A stretch of DNA of 63,901 nt, filler included. It is 5 parts of 5 records of this genome, joined end to end, with 100 filler letters (N's around TTAATTAATTAA, not from the genome) between each part and the next. Parts side by side here need not be neighbours in the genome. Positions count along the whole stretch, not along the records: positions 27,127 to 48,960 come from SRR22947727_3613; positions 49,061 to 58,675 come from SRR22947727_3616; 3 more parts are not named here. The stretch is one strand, 5' to 3'. Position 1 is the stretch's first letter. Every line of letters starts with the position of its first letter. Shown in pieces: positions 41,466 to 51,456 of this stretch. Under the pieces are notes generated by a model. That model saw only the letters and a list, made by a program, of their open reading frames with translations. It did not search any database and was not told where the DNA came from. The position numbers and the translations under genes are program-made.

Positions 41466-41508
41466 ATTCCATATTTTTTGACACCTTATCTGTAAAATCA
41501 ATTTGACT
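41466..41508 (+). promoter_or_regulatory. Tandem near-consensus PpsR boxes upstream of bchG
   Basis: ATT-N12-ACA (41466-41483) and TGT-N12-ACT (41491-41508), 7 bp apart. Confidence 0.55.
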
Positions 41509-41537
41509 TCCCCCCGCTTGGCACCCACCATGACGCG

Positions 41538-42446
41538 ATGGAACAATCTGCCCCGGTCAACGTAGCAGTTGGCAGGGCGTCACCGGGCGCGCTGCTTGAA
41601 CTTCTCAAACCCATCACGTGGTTTCCACCCATGTGGGCGTTTTTGTGTGGCTGGGTTTCTGCCGGACCGGGTATCGGGCTCAGTAGTTGGTCGCTGTTAG
41701 CGGGCGTTGCTTTGACAGGCCCCCTTGTCTGCGGCGCCAGTCAGATCGTGAATGACTGGTACGACCGCGACGTCGATGCGCTCAACGAACCCCATCGCCC
41801 CATTCCCTCGGGACGCGTGCCGGGCAAAATTGCTTTTTGGTTCGCCGTGATTTGGACGCTTGTCGCACAAACTTGGGCACTGCTACTTGGTCCGTGGGTT
41901 GCTATCGCGACTTGTCTTGGGCTCGCATTGGCCTGGGCTTATAGCGCACCGCCACTGCGTCTCAAAATGAATGGCTGGTGGGGTAATAGCGCGGTTGCCA
42001 TCAGTTATGAAGGACTCGCCTGGATCACCGGCGCCGCTATTGTCATCGGAGGTGACTTACCGGCACAGCCGATTTTACTCATCGCGCTGCTGTATAGCAT
42101 TGGTGCGCACGGCATCATGACGCTTAACGATTTTAAAAGCGTAGAGGGGGATCTCACGATGGGGATCCGCTCACTGCCTGCGCAACTCGGCCCAACGCGC
42201 GCCGCACGCGTCGCTTGCCTCTTTATGTTGCTGCCGCAGCTCACCGTCGTCCTACTATTAATCAACTGGGGTCTTACGCCCTTTGCCCTGGTTGTCAGTG
42301 TCGTTGTGGCGGCGCAATTACTGGCGATGCGCAAACTACTGCGCGATCCCAAACAATTTGCGCCCTGGTATAACGCTACGGGTGTCTCTTTATATGTCTT
42401 GGGCATGATGGCCGTGGCAATCGGTCTCGGCGGGTGGCTTACATGA
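41538..42446 (+). CDS. bchG: Bacteriochlorophyll synthase
   Basis: LKPITWFPPMWAF, NDWYDRDVDALNEPHRPIPSGR and NDFKSVEGD. Confidence 0.97.
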   Translation: MEQSAPVNVAVGRASPGALLELLKPITWFPPMWAFLCGWVSAGPGIGLSSWSLLAGVALTGPLVCGASQIVNDWYDRDVDALNEPHRPIPSGRVPGKIAFWFAVIWTLVAQTWALLLGPWVAIATCLGLALAWAYSAPPLRLKMNGWWGNSAVAISYEGLAWITGAAIVIGGDLPAQPILLIALLYSIGAHGIMTLNDFKSVEGDLTMGIRSLPAQLGPTRAARVACLFMLLPQLTVVLLLINWGLTPFALVVSVVVAAQLLAMRKLLRDPKQFAPWYNATGVSLYVLGMMAVAIGLGGWLT

Positions 42447-43825
42447 ACTTATTGCAGCCAACCCACCTGAGCTGGTGGCATATTGTTCGCCTAGGACTTA
42501 TCCAGACGGCATTGGGTGGCATTGTGGTGCTGACCACTTCGACCCTGAATCGGATTATGGTGGTGGAGCTCGCACTGGCCGCCTCACTGCCGGGCTTTTT
42601 GGTGACCATTCACCACATTGTGCAATTAGCGCGGCCACGGATCGGTTACGGCTCCGACATCGGGGGTCGCCGAACGCCTTGGATTATTGGCGGCATGTTT
42701 ATTTTGGCGATGGGCGGCGTCGGCGCCGCATTTGGCACGACCTTAATCCCCCAGAACCACTGGTTAGGCGTGGGCATTGCGGCCCTTGGCTTTTTTGCGA
42801 TCGGTGTCGGCACTGGCGCCACAGGCACCTCCTTACTCGCCCTACTGGCAAAGCATGTGGCGCCGGAGCGTAAACCCGCCGCCGCCGCACTGGTTTGGTT
42901 CATGATGATCATCGGCTTTGCTGTCACCGCTGGGATCGCCGGACACTTTCTCGACCCCTACTCGCCTGAGCGACTACTGGTCGTCACATCGACTGTCTCG
43001 TTGCTCGCCATTCTCATCACGCTACTGGTGATTCGCGGTATTGAACCCGCGACATCAGCAATCCTAAAAGCTGAAGTCGTGGCCTCAGAGGCCTCGCCAC
43101 ACAGTCCTTTCATGACGGCCTTGGCGGATGTGTGGACTGATCCACAGGCACGTATCTTTACCATTTTTGTTTTTGTCTCAATGCTCGCCTATTCAGCGCA
43201 AGATCTTATTCTGGAACCCTTTGCGGGTCTGGTATTTGACCGCACGCCCGGAGAATCCACGCAGCTGGCAGGTGTCCAGCACGCCGGTGTATTACTCGGA
43301 ATGGCAGCCATGGCCGCGTCGACTCTATGGTTTAAGTCACGCGGGGCAAGTCTATTACGACTGTGGATTCGCGGAGGTTGCCTGCTTTCGGCTGTCGCAC
43401 TCTTTTTACTGTGCTGGGGCGGACTCACCAGCGCCACCTGGCCACTCGAGGCCAATGTCTTTTTACTGGGTACTGCCAACGGCGGTTTTGCCGTTGCCGC
43501 GATTGGCGCGATGATGGTGCTGGCGAGTGCCGGCCAACAGAAGCGAGAAGGCATTCGCATGGGATTATGGGGTGCCGCTCAAGCTATCGCTTTTGCCCTC
43601 GGAGGTTTTTTAGGCACCGTTGCAGTTGATCTCACTCGCTATTGGCTCGATGAGCCCGCTATCTCTTATGGGCTCGTTTTTGCCTGTGAAGGATTCCTAT
43701 TCTTAATTGCCGCGTCACTCGCGCGGCACATTCACATCGCCAACTGGGGCCTCAGCAACGAACCCGTTGCCCCCTCCTTTGGCGACATTGCTCTAGCGGA
43801 AGCTGGAGAGGGAGGCATCAGATGA
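42443..43825 (+). CDS. PucC/BCD-family MFS protein (bchG-bchP associated)
   Basis: IVRLGLIQTALG..TSTLNRIMVVEL, QDLILEPF and GLWGAAQA. Confidence 0.9.
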   Translation: MNLLQPTHLSWWHIVRLGLIQTALGGIVVLTTSTLNRIMVVELALAASLPGFLVTIHHIVQLARPRIGYGSDIGGRRTPWIIGGMFILAMGGVGAAFGTTLIPQNHWLGVGIAALGFFAIGVGTGATGTSLLALLAKHVAPERKPAAAALVWFMMIIGFAVTAGIAGHFLDPYSPERLLVVTSTVSLLAILITLLVIRGIEPATSAILKAEVVASEASPHSPFMTALADVWTDPQARIFTIFVFVSMLAYSAQDLILEPFAGLVFDRTPGESTQLAGVQHAGVLLGMAAMAASTLWFKSRGASLLRLWIRGGCLLSAVALFLLCWGGLTSATWPLEANVFLLGTANGGFAVAAIGAMMVLASAGQQKREGIRMGLWGAAQAIAFALGGFLGTVAVDLTRYWLDEPAISYGLVFACEGFLFLIAASLARHIHIANWGLSNEPVAPSFGDIALAEAGEGGIR

Positions 43826-45018
43826 CACAACCGCATGCAGATTACGACACGATCGTGGTCGGTGGTGGCCCTTCGGGCGCTACTGCAGCCCATGAGCTGG
43901 CGAACAAAGGTCACCGGGTATTGCTATTGGAGCGTGGATTTAGAATTAAACCCTGCGGTGGCGCCATCCCCCCTTGCTTACTACAGGAATTTACTATCCC
44001 CGATCACTTGGTCGTTGCGCGGATCCGTTCAGCGCGCATGATTTCTCCCAAAGGCCAGTCGGTGGATATGCCTATCGATGGTACGTTTGTCGGCATGGTC
44101 GATCGAGATGAATTTGATCCGTGGTTGCGGCAACGCGCTAGCGATGCGGGTGCCACGGTGGTGCCCGGCGTCTTTAAATCACTCGAGTATCAAGAAGAGT
44201 TGGTCTCGCTCACATACCAAACGAAGGATGAGAACCCTCGCAGTGTCACGGTCACGGCGCGCAGTGTGCTCGGTGCCGACGGCGCTCGCTCTGCGGTTGC
44301 CAGAGCCACGATTCCCGATGCAGAAAAAACACCCTGGGTGCTGGCTTATCACGAAATTATCGAGGTGCCCGAAGATCAAAACTGGGAGGCTTATGACCCC
44401 GATCGCTGCGACGTCTGGTATCAAGGACGGCTCTCGCCTGACTTTTATGCTTGGGTCTTTCCTCATGGCAAAAACGCCAGCATTGGCGTGGGCAGTGCCC
44501 ACAAAGATTTCTCTGCTAAGGCCTCAGTCGCGGCGCTACGTGCCGATGTGGGATTAGCCGAGGCGACGACCAAGCGTAAAGAAGGCGCACCGATTCCTAT
44601 GAAGCCGATGAAGCGTTGGGACGACGGTCGTGCGGTATTAGTGTCGGGTGATGCGGCGGGGGTCGTTGCACCGGCCTCTGGCGAGGGCATCTATTACGCC
44701 ATGCTCTGTGGGCGACTCAGTGCCAATGCCCTCGATGCCTACTTAGCAACGGGTGATGCGCGCGCACTTGCCCAAGCGCGTAAGCAATTTATGAAACTGC
44801 ATGGCAAAGTCTTTTGGGTACTCGGATTACTGCAGCGTTTTTGGTACGGCACCGATAAGCGACGTGAAAAGTTTGTCGCCATGTGTCGAGACCCCGACGT
44901 GCAGACCTTAACGTGGCAATCCTATACCACCAAAAAATTGGTGCGTCGCCGACCAGCGGCCCATATTCGCGTGTTCTTCAAAGACCTTGCACAACTACTG
45001 GGGCTTGCGCGAGCGTAA
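43822..45018 (+). CDS. bchP: Geranylgeranyl reductase
   Basis: VVGGGPSGA, KPCGGAIPP and GDAAGVVAPASGEGIYYA. Confidence 0.97.
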   Translation: MTQPHADYDTIVVGGGPSGATAAHELANKGHRVLLLERGFRIKPCGGAIPPCLLQEFTIPDHLVVARIRSARMISPKGQSVDMPIDGTFVGMVDRDEFDPWLRQRASDAGATVVPGVFKSLEYQEELVSLTYQTKDENPRSVTVTARSVLGADGARSAVARATIPDAEKTPWVLAYHEIIEVPEDQNWEAYDPDRCDVWYQGRLSPDFYAWVFPHGKNASIGVGSAHKDFSAKASVAALRADVGLAEATTKRKEGAPIPMKPMKRWDDGRAVLVSGDAAGVVAPASGEGIYYAMLCGRLSANALDAYLATGDARALAQARKQFMKLHGKVFWVLGLLQRFWYGTDKRREKFVAMCRDPDVQTLTWQSYTTKKLVRRRPAAHIRVFFKDLAQLLGLARA

Positions 45019-45021
45019 GGC

Positions 45022-45282
45022 GTGCCTGACTGGTTTACGATTGCCGGGCTCATTGATGTCATCTTGCTGGGCATGATGTTCGAGGCATTGTGGCTCTTTT
45101 GGCGCCATCGTAAAGCCGGGCATCAGGGCCCACCGCCGCTGCTGCATTTGATATCAGGGGCCCTCCTACTCGTGGCCATGAAACAGGCACTGGCCGATAT
45201 GCCTGTTCTCTTTGTGGCCGCGACCTTGGGCGTGGCAGGCTTGGCGCACGTTGCCGACCTCCGAGGCGCCTCAAAAAGCTAA
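45022..45282 (+). CDS. Small hydrophobic membrane protein downstream of bchP
   Basis: About three hydrophobic segments ending AHVADL; tightly coupled to bchP. Confidence 0.6.
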   Translation: MPDWFTIAGLIDVILLGMMFEALWLFWRHRKAGHQGPPPLLHLISGALLLVAMKQALADMPVLFVAATLGVAGLAHVADLRGASKS

Positions 45283-45487
45283 GACAGTCAGCAGGGTTAT
45301 TCCGCGCGTCCTGACGCGGTTACTCGATTGCAAAAGTCGATGGTAAAGGTCGATTGCCTGCACCCTTAAATGCGGGGTGCTACCACTCATCACCTGACTG
45401 CAGACCCACCGCACAGCCACTGAAACGCGCTTCACAGCATCTTAGCGGCGTATCTGGTAAATTCACGATGAATCCTCTAGACGACGC

Positions 45488-48100
45488 GTGTTCATGCCGG
45501 CAGCTCCTTTTATCGTATCGATCATGTTATCGATGTTGGTCCTATGTCATAACACTGCCGCTGCCCCCATTGTGCAACCTGGCGCACCCGGCGAGACCTC
45601 CCGCTTACTCAGTGCTGACCTTGCCATTCAGATTGCCGATACCAGCCATACGCCGGACGATATTCAGTTTATGCAAGACATGATGGTGCACCATCAGCAG
45701 GCGCTGGATATGGCCCTGCTCGCCAAAGACCGCACCAATTCTCCCGGCCTTTTAGCCGCATCAGGCAGGATCGAGGCGTCACAAGCGGATGAAATTGCCT
45801 TTATGACGCAATGGCTCACCACGCGAGATGAACCGCTGATCAATCCAATCCATGTCGGCGATGAACACCATCACGTCATGATGGGCATGGCGACACCCGC
45901 GCAAATGCAAAGCCTTGCCGACGCAACCGGTAGCGACTTTGATCGACACTTTCTGACCTTGATGATCACCCATCACGAAGGTGCCCTCGAGATGGTTGAG
46001 ACGCTCATGGAACAGCCCGGTGCGGCCTACGATCCAACATTATTCGAATTCACAACGGATATTGTTAACGATCAAGAAAAAGAGATTGAGCGCATGCACG
46101 GCCTATTGGTCGACCTCTCAGAAGATCCGCGTGCGCACCTTACCGCCGGACTTTATGACGCTGAGGAAGCCATTTGGCACCTGGAAAAAGTGGCCGTATT
46201 GACCAAGCCCGCCGGATTTTATGACCCCGCCAACCCTGCCGAACTGCCACCGGCGCGATTCATGGTGACCGCGCCGATAACCGATGCTTCCCAAAAGGGT
46301 ACAGCTGTTGCCGACCATAGCGCGCACAACAGCACCGAGCACAACGAGATATCCAAGGCGACTGCGCAAGGTAAGTCTGAGCACGCAAGCGAGCAGCCTA
46401 AAGAGCATGGCAAAGACAGTACTGAGGCCATTGCGGAGGCACTCACTCCAAGCAGCACTGACGCCACCGAATCGGCCGAAGACCAAGACAAACCCGAAGC
46501 GCGCGCCCCGTTGCTGAGTTTTTCGAATACCGACATCGCGTTCTGGGACAATATTATGGTGGCCGGGAGTTACCATGGCTTCAATATCTATGAGCTGACT
46601 GAGGAGAATGCGCCTTCACTGCTGGCGTCAGTCGTTTGCCCCGGAGGACAAGGCGATGTCTCGATCGTCGGGCACCTCCTCATACTGTCGGTGGAAGAAA
46701 CACGTAGCCGTGTTGATTGTGGGTTAGAGGGCATCCGCGGCGACGTGAGCGCTGATCGTTTCCGCGGCATCCGTATTTTTGATATCAGTGATGTGACGCA
46801 GCCGCGGCAAGTGGGTGCCGTGCAAACGTGTCGCGGATCGCACACACACTCCGTCGTCGCAGGACCCGACGATCAAGGCAAGCTCATCGTCTACAACTCG
46901 GGGATTTCTCGCGTTCGCGAAGAGGAAGAAATGACGGGCTGTATCGATGAATCTCCGGGCGATAACCGTACCGCGCTATTTCGGATCGACGTCATCGAAA
47001 TTCCTGTCGAGGACCCTTCTCGCGCCCGCATTATTGATAGCCCCACCGTGTTTGCGGATCCTGAAACCGGTGCGTTGTCGGGTCTCTGGCGAGGAGGCGA
47101 CCATGGTGACGAGACGCAAGAGACCTATCGCACCGATCAGTGCCATGACATTACGGTCTTCCCCACTCTCAAACTCGCTGCCGGCGCGTGCTCCGGCAAT
47201 GGGATCTTGTTCGATATCAGTGATCCACGACATCCCGAACGTATCGATGTGGCGACCGATACCGGCTTTGCCTACTGGCACTCGGCCACGTTCAACAACG
47301 ACGGCACTAAAGTCATTTTCACGGATGAGTGGGGAGGCGGTACCCGTCCCCGCTGTCGCAGCTATGACCCGCTCACTTGGGGCGCCGATGCGATCTACGA
47401 TATCGTCGATGGCAAACTGGTCTTTCAAAGTCATTATAAAATGAAAGCCCCCCAGCTCGAGACCGAAAATTGTGTGGCCCATAACGGCTCCATCATCCCC
47501 GTGCCCGGTCGCGATATTTTTGTACAGGCGTGGTACCAAGGCGGCCTGTCGATAATCGATTTCACCGACTCACTGAATCCGGTTGAAATCGCTTACTTTG
47601 ATCGTGGGCCTGTCGATGCCGAAGATCTGGTTACGGGCGGTTATTGGTCAACGTATTGGTACAACGGCCACATTTACGGCACCGAAATTATCCGCGGGAT
47701 CGATGTTTTTGCGCTCACGCCGAGTGACTACCTCAGCGCCAATGAAATCGCAGCTGCCACATTAGCCGACCAGGGCAGGCAATTTAATCCGCAGCAGCAG
47801 TTTCCCAATACTTGGCCAGCCGCACCCATTGTGGGCATGGCTTACCTAGACCAATTGCTGAGAGCGCATCCCGAGAAGGGAGCAGAGATGGATCTACTCT
47901 ACGACCTACTCCGTGAGGCCGACGTGCGTCTCGCCGCACAAGAGACCGATACTGCACTCTCGGCGGAACTGCAACAGTGGGCACAGTCGCCAGCAGTGAT
48001 AACATCGACTGCGCTACAGGAGGTGCTTGAGGCGATCAGCGCACGTTTAATGGCAATTGATACCAACAACCTCGTTAGCACGACCGCACGACATCACTAA
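45488..48100 (+). CDS. Secreted DUF305 + LVIVD-type beta-propeller protein
   Basis: PIVQPGAPG, FMQDMMVHHQQA and MITHHEGA (DUF305); CPGGQGDVS, TCRGSHTH, CHDITV, HSATF and ENCVAHNG. Confidence 0.85.
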   Translation: MFMPAAPFIVSIMLSMLVLCHNTAAAPIVQPGAPGETSRLLSADLAIQIADTSHTPDDIQFMQDMMVHHQQALDMALLAKDRTNSPGLLAASGRIEASQADEIAFMTQWLTTRDEPLINPIHVGDEHHHVMMGMATPAQMQSLADATGSDFDRHFLTLMITHHEGALEMVETLMEQPGAAYDPTLFEFTTDIVNDQEKEIERMHGLLVDLSEDPRAHLTAGLYDAEEAIWHLEKVAVLTKPAGFYDPANPAELPPARFMVTAPITDASQKGTAVADHSAHNSTEHNEISKATAQGKSEHASEQPKEHGKDSTEAIAEALTPSSTDATESAEDQDKPEARAPLLSFSNTDIAFWDNIMVAGSYHGFNIYELTEENAPSLLASVVCPGGQGDVSIVGHLLILSVEETRSRVDCGLEGIRGDVSADRFRGIRIFDISDVTQPRQVGAVQTCRGSHTHSVVAGPDDQGKLIVYNSGISRVREEEEMTGCIDESPGDNRTALFRIDVIEIPVEDPSRARIIDSPTVFADPETGALSGLWRGGDHGDETQETYRTDQCHDITVFPTLKLAAGACSGNGILFDISDPRHPERIDVATDTGFAYWHSATFNNDGTKVIFTDEWGGGTRPRCRSYDPLTWGADAIYDIVDGKLVFQSHYKMKAPQLETENCVAHNGSIIPVPGRDIFVQAWYQGGLSIIDFTDSLNPVEIAYFDRGPVDAEDLVTGGYWSTYWYNGHIYGTEIIRGIDVFALTPSDYLSANEIAAATLADQGRQFNPQQQFPNTWPAAPIVGMAYLDQLLRAHPEKGAEMDLLYDLLREADVRLAAQETDTALSAELQQWAQSPAVITSTALQEVLEAISARLMAIDTNNLVSTTARHH

Positions 48101-48139
48101 TAAAAACCTATTCAGAGACCAATAAAAAAAGGAAGTCAG

Positions 48140-48960
48140 ATGACAGACGTTGCCACGCGGGTTGAAAGCACTGGCTTTTACGCCGGACAAAATCGCCTGG
48201 TTGCACTGACCGTTAAGGTCATTGTGGTCAGTCTCGTGCTCTGGGCGTCACTCGCTCCCGATGCTGGCGCCATTTTGATGGAAATACAATCGGCAACCAT
48301 TTCCTACTTTAGGGGTTGGTACGTGTACGCGTCGGGTCTTTTTATGATCATAGCGTTATTGCTGGCGGTGACGCCCAAAACCGCGCGCATTCGCTTGGGC
48401 GCAGACACCGATAGACCCGAATTTAGTCGTTTTGCTTGGTTCTCGATGATGTTTGGTGCGGGCATTGGTGTTGGCATGCTCACCTATTCCACCGCTGAGC
48501 CGCTGGCGCATTTTGCCAACAACCCCGATGTCATCCTCGGTGCCACAACTGCGCTAGAGCGCGATAACCTAGCGGCGGCCTATAAGTGGACACTCCTACA
48601 CTATGGCCTCACACCCTGGGGCTGTTATGCCATTGTCGGGATGTCGCTGGCGTACTTTGCCTATCGCCGCAATATGCCATTGACGATTAGATCTCCCTTT
48701 ACCGCAGTGCTCAGTGCCGAATCGGGACGGCGTGTCGGCGGTGTCGTCGATGCCGCGGCGATTCTCGCTACCATTATCGGAATTGGTGTCACCATAGGCT
48801 ACGGCGTCAATCAACTCGCCTTTGGCATGCACCAGATCACCGGCTGGGAATGGCTGGTCTCTGATGGCCGGCCCAGTCTCACGGCGCTCTTTATTGCGGT
48901 TGTATTTTTAACCCTAGCGGCGATGCTGTCTGCCTTGTCGGGCATTGGCCGCGGCATCCG
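48140..48960 (+). CDS. BCCT family (betaine/carnitine/choline) transporter, 3'-truncated
   Basis: PEFSRFAWFSMMFGAGIGVG and HYGLTPWGCYAIVG. Confidence 0.92.
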
Positions 48961-49060
48961 NNNNNNNNNNNNNNNNNNNNNNNNNNNNNNNNNNNNNNNN
49001 NNNNTTAATTAATTAANNNNNNNNNNNNNNNNNNNNNNNNNNNNNNNNNNNNNNNNNNNN
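48961..49060. other. Artificial contig spacer
   Basis: Same linker. Confidence 0.99.
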
Positions 49061-49061
49061 T

Positions 49062-49664
49062 GATATCTACAATACCGTCTCTCAGACCGTCCACAAGGGC
49101 GCTGAAGGGGTCAAAGTGATACCGTGCGTCTATCAGCGCAGGTTTATCCAGTGGGCTCCCAGAGGCGCTGGTTCAGGCGCTCCTATTGCGGTGTTTGAAC
49201 CAACAGACAAACTGCCCCCGTTCGAGCGGGACCGTGAAACTAATAAAGACATGGTTGTCGGGGGTGATGGGTCGTACATCGAAGAAACGCACCAACACTT
49301 CGTAATCGTTCTTAACGAAGACGGCTCTGCGGAAACGGCGCTCATTGCAATGAAAAGCACGGGCCTCAAGAAAAGCCGTAAGTGGAACTCTATGATGAGT
49401 TCAATCACCATGAACGGCAAGAACGGTCCCTTCACACCGCCGCGGTTTAGCTCTGTATATTTGTTAAAGTCCGTCAGTGAAGAAAACAGTAAGGGCAAAT
49501 GGCATAATTGGGACATGTCCCGCATTGGCCCCGTAGAAGACAAGGGCATCTACAACAGAGCCCGTGAGTTCCGTGCAAGCATCGCTTCAGGGGACGTGGT
49601 TGTGAAACACCAAAGTGAAGAGGCGTCAAAGCCTGACTTCAACCCAGACGAAGTACCGTTCTAG
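49062..49664 (+). CDS. Putative phage single-stranded DNA-binding protein (5'-truncated)
   Basis: ALIAMKSTGLKKSRKWNSMM, NSKGKWHNW and acidic C-terminal tail DEVPF; lies upstream of the primase. Confidence 0.6.
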   Translation, partial: DIYNTVSQTVHKGAEGVKVIPCVYQRRFIQWAPRGAGSGAPIAVFEPTDKLPPFERDRETNKDMVVGGDGSYIEETHQHFVIVLNEDGSAETALIAMKSTGLKKSRKWNSMMSSITMNGKNGPFTPPRFSSVYLLKSVSEENSKGKWHNWDMSRIGPVEDKGIYNRAREFRASIASGDVVVKHQSEEASKPDFNPDEVPF

Positions 49665-49672
49665 TTTCACAA

Positions 49673-49701
49673 GGGCCGTAGCTGATGCTGCGGCCCGCTT
49701 T
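49673..49701 (+). terminator. Hairpin between SSB and primase (weak terminator or processing site)
   Basis: GGGCCGTAGC-TGAT-GCTGCGGCCC followed by GCTTT. Confidence 0.45.
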
Positions 49702-49717
49702 CCCAAAGGAAGACCCC

Positions 49718-51253
49718 ATGTCAGTAGATAAGTTTTCCGCCATCTTTGATGGTTTGAAACAGGCTTACGGCACGTACAAAGTTGAAAAAACTCAGTCCAA
49801 CGGTAAAAATACTGGCAAGGCTAGTATCATTAAGGAACCGCGGACCTCGAAACTCTGGAAAGGTCATCTGTCCGGCAAAGGCACCGCTGTAGGCATCATC
49901 CCGATTAACGAGGATAATTGCTGCAAGTGGGGCTGCATTGACGTTGACCAGTACCCGCTAGACCACAAAGTACTTATAGAAAAAATACGGGCTATGAAGC
50001 TGCCCTTGGTTGTCTGTCGATCAAAGTCCGGCGGCGCACACTGCTTTTTGTTCTGTAAGGAATGGATCGAAGCAAAGGAAATGCAGAAGGTCCTGACACA
50101 CCTGTCCGCGGCCCTCGGATATGGCGGTAGTGAGATATTTCCAAAGCAAGTAAAACTGCACTTGGACCGCGGAGACGTAGGTAACTTTCTAAACCTACCT
50201 TACTACGACGCAGAGGACGGCCTGAGATACGGCATTCTGGATGACGGCACGTCAGCAACGCTTGAAGAGTTCTTTGGCTTGTACGAGGCGCATGTGCAAA
50301 CGCCGGAGGAGATAGTCAAACTTCAAATGACTGACGCGCAGGTGAAAGGACCGCTTGCCGACGGACCGCCGTGCTTACAGCATCTCACAAAGGTTTTGAT
50401 TAGCGAAGGCGGAAGAAACAACGGTCTGTACAACATAGGCATTTATCTGCGCAAAGCGTTTCCCGATAGCTGGGAGACAGAGATACTGACATACAACACC
50501 CAGTTTTTAGACCCGCCCTTGCCGCTGCCAGAAGTAAACGTTGTTGCAAAGCAAGTTGGCAAAAAGGATTACTCGTACAAATGTTCTGACGCGCCCATCA
50601 ACGCGCACTGCAACAAAGAACTGTGCCAAACCATGAAGTTTGGTATCGGTGCCGCGGCTCAAAATGCCGCTGTGGGTAACCTGCGTAAGTACAACTCAAC
50701 ACCGCCCGTGTGGTTTATGGACGTTAACAGTGAACCTGTCGAACTGGATACTGACGGCCTGATGAACCAAACCTTATTTCAAAAAGCCTGTATGGAGCAG
50801 ATTAACTTCATGCCGCGAAGCGTTGCAAAGGCACAGTGGGAAGCGCGGATCAGCGCGATGATGCGTGAAATGACCGAAAACCAAAGCGCCATAATAGAAG
50901 TGTCCGTTGACGCCTCAGTGGGTGGTCAGTTCTACGACTTCCTAGAAGAGTTCTGTAGCCACATGCAACAGGCCAAAGACAGGGAAGAGATACTGCTTCG
51001 CCGTCCGTGGACCGATGAGGAAGAGGGTTACACATATTTCAGGCTCAAGGACTTCGAAGGGTTTTTAAAGAAGAACAAGTTCTTTGAATATAAGTCCCAC
51101 AAGATAGCCCAGCGTCTGCGCGAGGTGACAGGAGAAAGCTGCTTGCTTAGAATAAAAGGTCGCGTGGTACGTCTATGGAAGGTGCCAGCATTTGAAAACG
51201 GTGATATAGAATTAAGTACACCACAGTTTCAAGCGCAGGAGAGTCCGTTTTGA
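49718..51253 (+). CDS. Phage AEP-superfamily primase with PriCT-like domain
   Basis: WGCIDVD, RSKSGGAH, GNFLNLPY and PPCL..EGGRNNGLY; AGGA before ATG 49718. Confidence 0.8.
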   Translation: MSVDKFSAIFDGLKQAYGTYKVEKTQSNGKNTGKASIIKEPRTSKLWKGHLSGKGTAVGIIPINEDNCCKWGCIDVDQYPLDHKVLIEKIRAMKLPLVVCRSKSGGAHCFLFCKEWIEAKEMQKVLTHLSAALGYGGSEIFPKQVKLHLDRGDVGNFLNLPYYDAEDGLRYGILDDGTSATLEEFFGLYEAHVQTPEEIVKLQMTDAQVKGPLADGPPCLQHLTKVLISEGGRNNGLYNIGIYLRKAFPDSWETEILTYNTQFLDPPLPLPEVNVVAKQVGKKDYSYKCSDAPINAHCNKELCQTMKFGIGAAAQNAAVGNLRKYNSTPPVWFMDVNSEPVELDTDGLMNQTLFQKACMEQINFMPRSVAKAQWEARISAMMREMTENQSAIIEVSVDASVGGQFYDFLEEFCSHMQQAKDREEILLRRPWTDEEEGYTYFRLKDFEGFLKKNKFFEYKSHKIAQRLREVTGESCLLRIKGRVVRLWKVPAFENGDIELSTPQFQAQESPF

Positions 51254-51456
51254 CTGACAACGTATTAAAAGAAATGCGGAACAAAGAAATTGTCCGTCTG
51301 ATTGACGAACAAAAAGTGACCAAGACCGCTGTTGCTAAATGGTTTGGGATAACCAAGCAGCGGGTACATCAGATATACACTCGGGAGACAAACAATGTAT
51401 CGGATATTCGGACCTCCGGGGACGGGGAAGACAACAACACTACTCAACAAGGTTGA
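51250..51456 (+). CDS. Small HTH DNA-binding protein
   Basis: RNKEIVRL...TKTAVAKWFGITKQRVHQIY; TTG start overlapping the primase stop. Confidence 0.65.
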   Translation: MTDNVLKEMRNKEIVRLIDEQKVTKTAVAKWFGITKQRVHQIYTRETNNVSDIRTSGDGEDNNTTQQG

